Positions 36,323 through 44,193 of a DNA stretch of 59,401 nt are shown here, one piece after another (within the stretch, counting starts at the first letter, position 1; each line of letters starts with the position of its first letter). The stretch is from a virus. The notes beneath the pieces are model-generated. The model was not told the origin of the DNA. It made no database searches and saw nothing but the letters and a program-made list of their open reading frames with translations. A program made the position numbers and the translations under genes. The stretch covers positions 1 to 59,401 of IMG/VR virus record IMGVR_UViG_3300002038_000009. One strand, written 5' to 3'.

Positions 36323-36655
36323 ATGAAAGATTTATGGTTAAAAGTTATAGCGTGGTTCAAATCAGAACCGGACTCACCTATGGGTCGCTTTCGAATGAAA
36401 GAGGCGGCAATCATGGGCGTTATCTTGTTGTCAGTGGTGTTCTTTTTTAATAAAGACTTGTTCATTGGATGGGCGTCACAGATGATAATGCAATTCGCCA
36501 AGGCTGGTCTAGCGTCCTTCCTATTCTATTGGATTGTACAGCGTAAAGTACTTCACGATCGCACGCATGAATTACCACAGGACCAAGAATACAAGCGGCA
36601 GAATGTGTTGGCTATAGGGTATGCTCTGATAATCGCATGTTCTCTCGCTATTTAA
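36323..36655 (+). CDS. holin candidate (110 aa, about 3 hydrophobic helices)
   Basis: Hydrophobic segments AAIMGVILLSVVFFF, AGLASFLFYWIV and VLAIGYALIIACSLAI. Immediately upstream of the muralytic gene. Confidence 0.55.
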   Translation: MKDLWLKVIAWFKSEPDSPMGRFRMKEAAIMGVILLSVVFFFNKDLFIGWASQMIMQFAKAGLASFLFYWIVQRKVLHDRTHELPQDQEYKRQNVLAIGYALIIACSLAI

Positions 36656-37272
36656 TCACTTTTATCGCGCTATTCTTATGCGCTTGTAGCGGTCCTGTCG
36701 AGGCTGAACCACCTGTCGGGGACCCTGTTCCCCGAGGTAATTGGCCTGCTAAGTGTGACCCACTGGTATCCTACTACTTGGAATCAAACAATCCAAGCAG
36801 GGAAGCAGCCTTGACAGAACAAGAAAGCGGGTGTAATCAGTTCGCGCAGTCACCGTACGCCAAGGGTTACCGTCAGTTCACTGACAGCACAGGAAAGTGG
36901 TTGGCGCAAACACATTGCTCTCATCTAGGATCATACCAACCTTGGAACACTCATTGGCAGATGTCTTGTGGCATCATTTACTCTGAACTTAAGGAAAAAA
37001 ACAATAACTACGCGGCACAAGGCGGAGACAGTGAGTACTGTGTTAACCGTAAGATAGCTGAAGCGGAGTATAACGGGGGTAATTGGATTATTTGGGAACT
37101 GCAACTTTCGGGCGGAGACCTAGTGCAGGCTGAACAAATCTGTGGTACAATGCTGTTGAAGAACGGTCGTAAACGTGCTATGTGGGCGTGTGAAGAAAAC
37201 TATTCCTACTTCGAACACATATCTCGACGGCAACCGAAATACACACAACTCGGCGGAGAACTCTGTCACTAG
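36637..37272 (+). CDS. lytic transglycosylase (SLT family) endolysin with an N-terminal signal/lipobox
   Basis: EQESGCNQFAQSPYAKGYRQF matches the E-S...S...G-x-x-Q SLT motif, and AEYNGG matches AYNAG. N-terminus MFSRYLITFIALFLCAC. Confidence 0.7.
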   Translation: MFSRYLITFIALFLCACSGPVEAEPPVGDPVPRGNWPAKCDPLVSYYLESNNPSREAALTEQESGCNQFAQSPYAKGYRQFTDSTGKWLAQTHCSHLGSYQPWNTHWQMSCGIIYSELKEKNNNYAAQGGDSEYCVNRKIAEAEYNGGNWIIWELQLSGGDLVQAEQICGTMLLKNGRKRAMWACEENYSYFEHISRRQPKYTQLGGELCH

Positions 37273-37281
37273 GAGATATGA

Positions 37282-38001
37282 ATGAAATTTACTAAACCCC
37301 TAACCATATTCCTTTTACTCACGTTTCTTACTGCGTGCGGTAGTACAGGAAAAAATATCAGTATTAGTGATGGCGCTACTGTCGTTTCAATGCGCAGTGC
37401 GGATTACGCTGCTATGAAGCAAGCTGAATTCGATGCGCTCGCTAATGCCGAGTACTTTAAAGCAGAGGCTAAGAAGTATGAGCACGTAATTGATCCAACA
37501 GCACAGGTTGCGTTACGAGCACTTGACGCACTCGATACTAATAAGCGTACTCCTACTAATGGTAACGACGTTCGTATTGCGGAAGCCTCTGCTAGTGTGC
37601 AAAAAACTCAGGCTTGGACGGGACTCGTTAAAGGTACCCTTGGCGTACTTGGACAGACAGCCTTGGGGTATAAAGGCATAGATACCTTTGGTAAGTTAGC
37701 GACATCCGCACTTGAAAAAGACTCTGTTAATATCAATGCAGACAACGGATCTACTATCCAAGGTGCTATCGGTGAGGGTAATACCTACAGTGTAGAACAA
37801 GTTAGTGGTATTCTTACCGAGCCCGCTCCGGTAAATCCGATTACTTTAGGCGGGGGTCCTGAGGAGGGGGAACCTGAAATGTGTGACCTACGTGAACTCA
37901 TTCCTGTTGAAGAGGGTTCTAACCAAGATGCCAATGACTGCTTTGATGATAATGGTGATGGTCTAGTTTGCTCGACTGGCGGCGGGTGCGTCGATAACTA
38001 A
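37282..38001 (+). CDS. lipoprotein of unknown function (239 aa, Cys-rich acidic C-terminus)
   Basis: Lipobox LLTFLTAC|GS. Confidence 0.65.
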   Translation: MKFTKPLTIFLLLTFLTACGSTGKNISISDGATVVSMRSADYAAMKQAEFDALANAEYFKAEAKKYEHVIDPTAQVALRALDALDTNKRTPTNGNDVRIAEASASVQKTQAWTGLVKGTLGVLGQTALGYKGIDTFGKLATSALEKDSVNINADNGSTIQGAIGEGNTYSVEQVSGILTEPAPVNPITLGGGPEEGEPEMCDLRELIPVEEGSNQDANDCFDDNGDGLVCSTGGGCVDN

Positions 38002-38342
38002 TGGGTATCTTGTTACGATGGGTACTGCCGATAGCTTTGTCGGCAGTCCTTGGCTGGTTCAGCATAAACAAGGTGACCGGTACATTCTCCAAAGCAGCTA
38101 AAGCCGATGAACTTCAGTTAGAGATAGATGCGTTGAAAATCACCCATGCGTCACAGATCGAACAACTGACTACGGGGTTCAATAAAACTGTGGAGCAGGT
38201 ACAGGCTAAGAGCGAGGCCCGAGACATACGTCGGGAAGAATGGCGACAAGCATATTACAACGAAGTTGGAAAAAACGGTACAAAAAGAAATGACGAAACT
38301 AAAGAATGGGGCACTGTTACTTACCCTGATGAGCTTGATTAG
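38001..38342 (+). CDS. i-spanin (Rz-like)
   Basis: N-terminal TM helix (ILLRWVLPIALSAVLGWF) followed by a coiled coil. Overlaps the lipoprotein gene that follows. Confidence 0.65.
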   Translation: MGILLRWVLPIALSAVLGWFSINKVTGTFSKAAKADELQLEIDALKITHASQIEQLTTGFNKTVEQVQAKSEARDIRREEWRQAYYNEVGKNGTKRNDETKEWGTVTYPDELD

Positions 38343-38634
38343 CGGCTGCGCTACGAGACCACCTGAAACAATAATTGTTGATCCCCCTAATGTGGCTTTT
38401 CCCAGTGAGATTAGCTTACTAGACTACCCTATCCGACCCGAGGGCGAGTTGAAAACAAACTGCCATATGCACAACTACCGCAAGAAACTTGAGGAGTTTG
38501 GCTGTGATTCGGTTTTCTTGTTTTCGTCTTTTGTGGAACGAATGACTGGTAAAAAACAGGTTACCGTGCCGACACAATGTACTGAAATATTAAAAGGCAC
38601 CCGTAACTACTTGAACTGTAACGATATCGACTAG
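38290..38634 (+). CDS. o-spanin (Rz1-like lipoprotein), overlapped architecture
   Basis: MTKLKNGALLLTLMSLISGC|ATRPPE lipobox plus a Pro-rich start. ATG 38290 (the ORF track starts at TTG 38266) lies inside the i-spanin 3' end. Confidence 0.6.
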   Translation: MTKLKNGALLLTLMSLISGCATRPPETIIVDPPNVAFPSEISLLDYPIRPEGELKTNCHMHNYRKKLEEFGCDSVFLFSSFVERMTGKKQVTVPTQCTEILKGTRNYLNCNDID

Positions 38635-38690
38635 AGCCAAAACCCTAATTATGATAGAATATGGGCTTGCCAAAATACGGAGGCCCATAT

Positions 38691-40247
38691 ATGGCTACTA
38701 CTTCTGAGCAACGATTAGAGAAACTAGTTGAGGTTTGGGGAGACTCCAAGTCCCAAGCTGATGCCTGCCGCAGAGCAGGTTATAAAACAAAGGACCCTAG
38801 ACGACAACACAGACTCCGGCGTGCCGCGGAAGAACATACGGGCGTAACCTTACCGGCTATCAATGCCAATAAATCCTCCCCCTCCTTCTGGGACATCAAG
38901 TGTCCTTCCTCTCTCGACATGGTGGCTGCCCGAAAGTCTAAGGACTTCGTGATCACCTCATGTACCAATAACTCACCCCTTGTAAAACCATTCCTGACGG
39001 CGCTAGATAAATTTGCGCAATACAGGGAGGGGCAACTATTAGTTGTACCTGTACGATACCGTAATCCAGATGGGTTCCGATCAAAGCAGGTTCACAAGTG
39101 GCCCGAGGAAATAGAACCGTTCGCGCTCACCAAGGACCTGCACCTAGGACCTAAGTTAGTTATATCCTCTCATCGATTGAATGCCACGAGTGTTAATCCG
39201 CTCGCAGGTAAGCAAGCGCTGTCTGGACAGAAGAGTGCAATTTACGGTCACCCTCAACTCGCTATGGAACTGGTAGGCACGCCCAAGAATCAGATGCCGA
39301 AAGTAATGATGACAACAGGTAGTTGTAATCGTCCTAAGTACTCGGCAACCGATGCCGGGGGCAAGGCTAAGTTCTATCATACGATTTACGCTATCTACGT
39401 CAAGGTGGTGCGGGGAGCTTTCTATTACATTCAGTTGGGATGGGATGGTACCGGTTTTGCCTTTGGTAACGAGTATTGGACCGAAGAAGGGCTATCAAAC
39501 GACCCCGCTGTCGCGAATATTGTGCATGGTGACAGCCACGTATGGCATGAAATTGCTCAGATCTCGGCCTCAAAACAACGCGTTAACGACTTGATACGTC
39601 CTGACATACAAGTTTTCCATGATCTGCACGATCAGCACATTGGCTCCCATCACAACACTGTTCGTGAACGAATCGAGATGGCATTGAAAGGAGACGTGTT
39701 TATCGAGGACGAGGTGCGTATGTCGATAGACTACATCGAAAGACTAGGGGCTGGTACCCAGAACTACATTGTTGGTTCTAACCATAACGATCACCTCGAT
39801 CAGTGGCACAATAGTTATAACGTACACAAGGATCCGGCCAACGCTAAGTTTCACGGTTGGCTAGCGTCTAATATGTATGGTACTCCAAGAAGTGCCCTCG
39901 AGACTTGCTTCGATGAGTGGGGCTGTTCTGTTCATTATGAGTTTCTAGATCGTAATGATGCACGTATGATCAATACGATCGATGTATCACAACATGGGGA
40001 TACCGGAACTAATGGTGCTCGCGGTAGTGCTAAGGGGTTCGCTAAGACTACTCTCAAGACCATAATTGGTCACAGTCACACACCTTGCATTGAGAAAGGG
40101 TGCTGGCAGGTAGGTACCTCGACCGATTCAATGGGGTATGCTAAAGGGTATGGAACATGGATGCTGACCGATTGCTTGATCTACTCTAACGGTAAACGTG
40201 CGCTAGTTAACCATGTTAAGGGAAAAACTATATTTGATGTAGTATAG
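38691..40247 (+). CDS. HTH-containing metallophosphoesterase (calcineurin-like) protein
   Basis: Motifs HGDSHVWH, HDLHDQH, GSNHNDH, QHGD and GHSHTP in canonical order. N-terminal KSQADACRRAGYKTKD is HTH-like. GGAGG RBS upstream of ATG 38691. Confidence 0.6.
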   Translation: MATTSEQRLEKLVEVWGDSKSQADACRRAGYKTKDPRRQHRLRRAAEEHTGVTLPAINANKSSPSFWDIKCPSSLDMVAARKSKDFVITSCTNNSPLVKPFLTALDKFAQYREGQLLVVPVRYRNPDGFRSKQVHKWPEEIEPFALTKDLHLGPKLVISSHRLNATSVNPLAGKQALSGQKSAIYGHPQLAMELVGTPKNQMPKVMMTTGSCNRPKYSATDAGGKAKFYHTIYAIYVKVVRGAFYYIQLGWDGTGFAFGNEYWTEEGLSNDPAVANIVHGDSHVWHEIAQISASKQRVNDLIRPDIQVFHDLHDQHIGSHHNTVRERIEMALKGDVFIEDEVRMSIDYIERLGAGTQNYIVGSNHNDHLDQWHNSYNVHKDPANAKFHGWLASNMYGTPRSALETCFDEWGCSVHYEFLDRNDARMINTIDVSQHGDTGTNGARGSAKGFAKTTLKTIIGHSHTPCIEKGCWQVGTSTDSMGYAKGYGTWMLTDCLIYSNGKRALVNHVKGKTIFDVV

Positions 40248-40256
40248 TAATGGGGA

Positions 40257-40343
40257 CTATAGCCCCATTACCGCAAGGAAAGGAAGTGTTATTAGCACAA
40301 GGATGAGTGCTGTGGTAGCCACGCGTTCAATTTTGAGTTCCAT
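40257..40343 (-). CDS. small hydrophobic peptide candidate (28 aa)
   Basis: GGAGG RBS. MELKIERVATTALILVLITLPFLAVMGL. Last ORF of the minus arm. Confidence 0.3.
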   Translation of the reverse strand: MELKIERVATTALILVLITLPFLAVMGL

Positions 40344-40418
40344 ATTTGCCTCCAGTTATTAATTGTGAGGCGACATTGTACGTGCCCTCGTCCTTGGGCA
40401 CCAATGATTTATCTTTAT

Positions 40419-40856
40419 CTATGCCATTCCATGAAGTAATATGTGAACAGAGTCCTTATCAAACTTATCGTGGATCAGGGCTGTTCCGGGTAAGTCTGCT
40501 ACGTCCATCATAGTCATCCCCGGCCGTCTCCGCATAAGCCCCTCATAAGACATAATCAAGTGACCGTCACTAAATCCATGAACGAGGTGGCATCCTGCTC
40601 CCGCCTGTCCGCGAGCCACGAGCCACGCTTCCTGATAGGCTTCAAAGTGAGGATTGTATTTACCCCCCGGTGACGGTAACCGTGCGTCCCATTTAGCCTC
40701 TATCCAACCATTTTTCTTAAGTATCCCGTAACTGACATCAGGTATACCTACACTGTCAGAGTCCTCATGAAGTTGCCAGTGTAGTGGCACATCATAGTGG
40801 TTACTGTAGGCTACAAAACCCGCCTGTACCTGCTTTTTAAACTTAGCTTCGCTCAT
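40419..40856 (-). CDS. PD-(D/E)xK nuclease (VRR-NUC-like)
   Basis: GIPDVSYGILKKNGWIEAKWD matches the D...ExK core. Adjacent to the polymerase. Confidence 0.55.
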   Translation of the reverse strand: MSEAKFKKQVQAGFVAYSNHYDVPLHWQLHEDSDSVGIPDVSYGILKKNGWIEAKWDARLPSPGGKYNPHFEAYQEAWLVARGQAGAGCHLVHGFSDGHLIMSYEGLMRRRPGMTMMDVADLPGTALIHDKFDKDSVHILLHGMA

Positions 40857-42757
40857 AATGTTATTTCCTTAATCGATCCCCAAGATGATCCACGTTCTAC
40901 ATCGACCACCAAAGGTACTTTAACTACAAAGGCTGTTTCCATAAGGTGCTTGACCTCGCGCATAGCCTCTATGTGCTCACTACTTTGGTTTGCGCTGAAA
41001 TCTAGCTCATCGTGTACCGTCAGCATAGGTACCCCAACCACAGCACATACCCCCGACTGATAAATGTCCACCATCGCTTTCTTCATAACGTCAGCGGCAG
41101 ACCCCTGAACTACGGCGTTAAGAGCTTTGTATGTAAACGCTCGTTTAATGTTCGGTCCGTACTCATGCAGCGCCTCCGCGTGGGGTTTAGGGAACTTACC
41201 TTTCTGCCAACGGCTAGGCTCATACAGATCAAACCGTCGGCGGCGACCCGCCAATGTATGTACGTGACCACGACTGTCGGCAGTCCTCTTGGCTAGGTCC
41301 AATAATTCTTTCATGAAAGGAACGTTATCGTGGAACCGGTTCAGGATCTGCTTGCCCTCGGACATTCCTACCCCTAGTGATTCAGATAATTTTTTAACTC
41401 CCATTCCATAAATTAACCCAAAGTTGATCACCTTAGCTTGTTTACGGGTTATCCCAATATCTTTTGCTGTCATCCCATGAGCATCGAATAATGGATCGTC
41501 CGCATAGTGTGCACGCATGGCTTCCGCGGCAGGCCCTTTGGCATAGTGTAGTGCTAATCGATATTCAACAGATGAATAATCTAGTTTATACCAATCCTCT
41601 CCATCCTCAGGTACGTACAAGGATCGTATTAATGGGTCACCGGGTATGTTCTGTAAGTTTGGCAGGGAAGAACTGAACCGCCCGGTGACGGTACCGTACT
41701 CGTCTCCCCTTAATTGATTAAACGCTGGATGTATTCGGTCACGAACAACATAACTATTTATGTAGCTGTCTAAGAACACGTCGTGCATCTTGGTCGCTTT
41801 CTTAAGCTCGTTAACCTTGATCCCAAACTCAGAGTTCTCGAGTACGGCCGCAGTAAACGATGGGTTACCTGCCTCGGTACGCGCATAGGGTAAGTGCAAC
41901 TTTGTATAAGCTTCTTCCAAACATGCGTTCTCATAAACAGCTATTGGCATCCCCGCCATTTGATCGATTTCTTTCTGGAGCTGGATCATTCGTTTGGCCG
42001 CCCCGCTCTGAACCTCATCGACCATAGACATGTTGACCCGGACACCACGGGACTTCATATCTAACAGCATTGGTATCAACGCCGTCTCTAAATCAAACAC
42101 GTCCCAAAGCGCTTGTTTAGATAACTCTTCACGTTGACGCTCCCAGATTCTTAACGGCAGGGTTACGTCCCCAATACCATACTTAGCAACTACCTCAGGC
42201 GGGCAGCGGTAAATATTACCCGCCTGTGTTCTAGTGGCTCTTCCCCCAAATTGAGAGGCACAGTACTCATAGAGTTCGTCATCAACCTTGGCTTCCCCCA
42301 AATACTTATCAGCCAGCGCACCTAAGCTGTAGGACTTGGCGTTCTCATCGATAAGCGGTTCGGCTACCTGAACATCAATAATCTTACCGGCGGGACGAAC
42401 ACCCTGTTGATTTGATAAATAATCTAGGTCGTAGAGTGCGTTCGCAAACAACACTTCCCGATGAGGGTTTTCCATTAGATTCTTCAACCAGTGTATGGTC
42501 TCTTCAGCATTAAAACACTCATCTTCATACCCCTCGTGTTCGATAGGTATATACCAACCATCGATGGTGCCTTGTTCGAACTCTGCCCCCACACCGATAC
42601 CCGCTATGTACCCACCTGTACGAACACTAGGGCCGGTGCTTTTAAGATTAGGGTCATATGTTTCTATGTCTATGCATAGTCTAATGGCCTCATCTAAGTT
42701 TGGTAACTCGTTAATCTTGACCAGACTATTTGTTCCGATATCGTGGTTATATATCAT
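40853..42757 (-). CDS. family A DNA polymerase with 3'-5' exonuclease domain (634 aa from ATG 42757; the ORF track extends to 42898)
   Basis: DIETYD (Exo I), DYSSVEYRLALH (motif A), RKQAKVINFGLIYGMG (motif B), LTVHDELDF (motif C). Confidence 0.9.
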   Translation of the reverse strand: MIYNHDIGTNSLVKINELPNLDEAIRLCIDIETYDPNLKSTGPSVRTGGYIAGIGVGAEFEQGTIDGWYIPIEHEGYEDECFNAEETIHWLKNLMENPHREVLFANALYDLDYLSNQQGVRPAGKIIDVQVAEPLIDENAKSYSLGALADKYLGEAKVDDELYEYCASQFGGRATRTQAGNIYRCPPEVVAKYGIGDVTLPLRIWERQREELSKQALWDVFDLETALIPMLLDMKSRGVRVNMSMVDEVQSGAAKRMIQLQKEIDQMAGMPIAVYENACLEEAYTKLHLPYARTEAGNPSFTAAVLENSEFGIKVNELKKATKMHDVFLDSYINSYVVRDRIHPAFNQLRGDEYGTVTGRFSSSLPNLQNIPGDPLIRSLYVPEDGEDWYKLDYSSVEYRLALHYAKGPAAEAMRAHYADDPLFDAHGMTAKDIGITRKQAKVINFGLIYGMGVKKLSESLGVGMSEGKQILNRFHDNVPFMKELLDLAKRTADSRGHVHTLAGRRRRFDLYEPSRWQKGKFPKPHAEALHEYGPNIKRAFTYKALNAVVQGSAADVMKKAMVDIYQSGVCAVVGVPMLTVHDELDFSANQSSEHIEAMREVKHLMETAFVVKVPLVVDVERGSSWGSIKEITL

Positions 42758-42833
42758 ATATGGTATACCTTGTTGACCGTTATTAAAATGCCCCCGACCT
42801 AAGTCGGAGGACTTTGGCACTTCCCAGTAAGTA

Positions 42834-43613
42834 CTAGAACTCGTTTGATTCCTCAGTGTGTGATGTCGCCGCACCACCACCTTCATCAGATGCTGCATGG
42901 TCTACTTTGGCACCGCCCCTAGATACGATCTCAGCGAACTCCTTAGCCGCAGTGTAGGTAGCGGCGTCAGTGATCTGCTCACCAATACCGAACTTAGGCA
43001 GTTTCCAAGTGTCGCCGTCTTTTTGTTCGTGGGTAACATCCATAACATAGGTATGGCTGTAATCCGCAGGTCGAAACTTAGAACCGTCAGCACGCTCTAA
43101 TCGGATAGACGAAATGATGTCCCCTAACTCCTTAGAACGCTTGATCGCCGTGCTTTTAAGACTAAGGACCGCTGGCTGTAAGTCGCCATCGATCACCTGA
43201 AGCACGTACCAGACTCGTGTATCCATGATGTGGTTTCCATTAGGGTGTAGGTAACGCCCCCTGTCATCACGTTCTAGTCCTAAAGCGAACTCTCGGGACA
43301 CCTCACCCTTGAACCCACCCCCGGCCTCACGCGGTACCCATTCAAGGAACTGCCGGGAGTAACCACAAGGGATAAACACGGCAGGGGCTGTGGTAAGTGC
43401 CTTAGAAGAGGTATTGATTATCATACCAACTTCAGCACCTTGCACGTAGTCACCACTGTCCTTATCTACTTCGGGCGAACCCTTTTGAAGCACCTTAAGG
43501 AAAGGTGTCGTCAGATCATCTTGATCAAACTTGGTGGCCTCCTGACCATCCGCCTCATAATTAATTACGGCCAACTCGGTGTTAGCCTTTTCTACTACTT
43601 CTGTATTACTCAT
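42834..43613 (-). CDS. ssDNA-binding protein candidate (259 aa)
   Basis: Lies in the replication module. Flexible Gly-rich acidic C-terminal tail ending ...TSHTEESNEF, like the SSB and T7 gp2.5 tails that end in Phe. Confidence 0.4.
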   Translation of the reverse strand: MSNTEVVEKANTELAVINYEADGQEATKFDQDDLTTPFLKVLQKGSPEVDKDSGDYVQGAEVGMIINTSSKALTTAPAVFIPCGYSRQFLEWVPREAGGGFKGEVSREFALGLERDDRGRYLHPNGNHIMDTRVWYVLQVIDGDLQPAVLSLKSTAIKRSKELGDIISSIRLERADGSKFRPADYSHTYVMDVTHEQKDGDTWKLPKFGIGEQITDAATYTAAKEFAEIVSRGGAKVDHAASDEGGGAATSHTEESNEF

Positions 43614-43628
43614 CTTAAAGGTTTCCTA

Positions 43629-44192
43629 TTATTTTATTACAGTTTTTTGGTAGGGGTAGTAAGAGAACGTTTCAGGTGGTGTAACACCCTCTTCGATCAT
43701 TCCCCTCATAGATGCCTTTAGTGTCTGAGGATGTACAGATTCAGTGTCACTAAACGACAAATCATTTTCTAACAAGAGGTCTACTGTCTCCTGCGCTTCG
43801 GCGCCTTCCCCGCGGTCAAATTGGAGGGACAGCTTACGCTTAATGATTTCCTCCTTACCGTTCTCTCGCAGCCATGTGAACGCCTCTTGTTGGGTGGCTT
43901 TCTTAATACTTATTGCAAAGTCTTCGGCTACCGACACCTTACGACCATCCCCCAGTTCAAGGGACTTGACGTTGCCCATCTCTTTAAAGAGATCCGGGAT
44001 GTGTTGTTCTGACAGTTCTTTGACCACCTTCTTCTGGGCCTTAACTTTTTCCTCTAGCTCATCTAACACCTTGTTGGCATCATCTAACTTGGCCACAAGC
44101 GACGTTAGGTCACTGACATCGCCGGAGTCTGGGAGAGCCATCGCTTTCTCATCGACGTCCGCCTCCATTAAGTCCATTATACTTTCATTCAT
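43629..44192 (-). CDS. hypothetical replication-module protein with an N-terminal coiled coil (187 aa)
   Basis: ORF track. Confidence 0.65.
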   Translation of the reverse strand: MNESIMDLMEADVDEKAMALPDSGDVSDLTSLVAKLDDANKVLDELEEKVKAQKKVVKELSEQHIPDLFKEMGNVKSLELGDGRKVSVAEDFAISIKKATQQEAFTWLRENGKEEIIKRKLSLQFDRGEGAEAQETVDLLLENDLSFSDTESVHPQTLKASMRGMIEEGVTPPETFSYYPYQKTVIK

Positions 44193-44193
44193 A

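Noticed and set aside
40249-40269. Hairpin AATGGGG-N7-CCCCATT at the convergence point as a bidirectional intrinsic terminator
   Set aside because: The stem is only 7 bp and neither side has a U-tract. It also overlaps the possible 28-aa ORF. It may contribute to termination, but I cannot support a call.
42758-42898. N-terminal 47 codons of the polymerase ORF in the track (MQHLMKVVVRRHHTLRNQTSSS...)
   Set aside because: This part overlaps the 3' end of the upstream SSB-like gene by 65 nt, and its composition is basic and atypical. The ATG at 42757 precedes the conserved exonuclease domain and leaves a normal intergenic gap. The start remains unverified.
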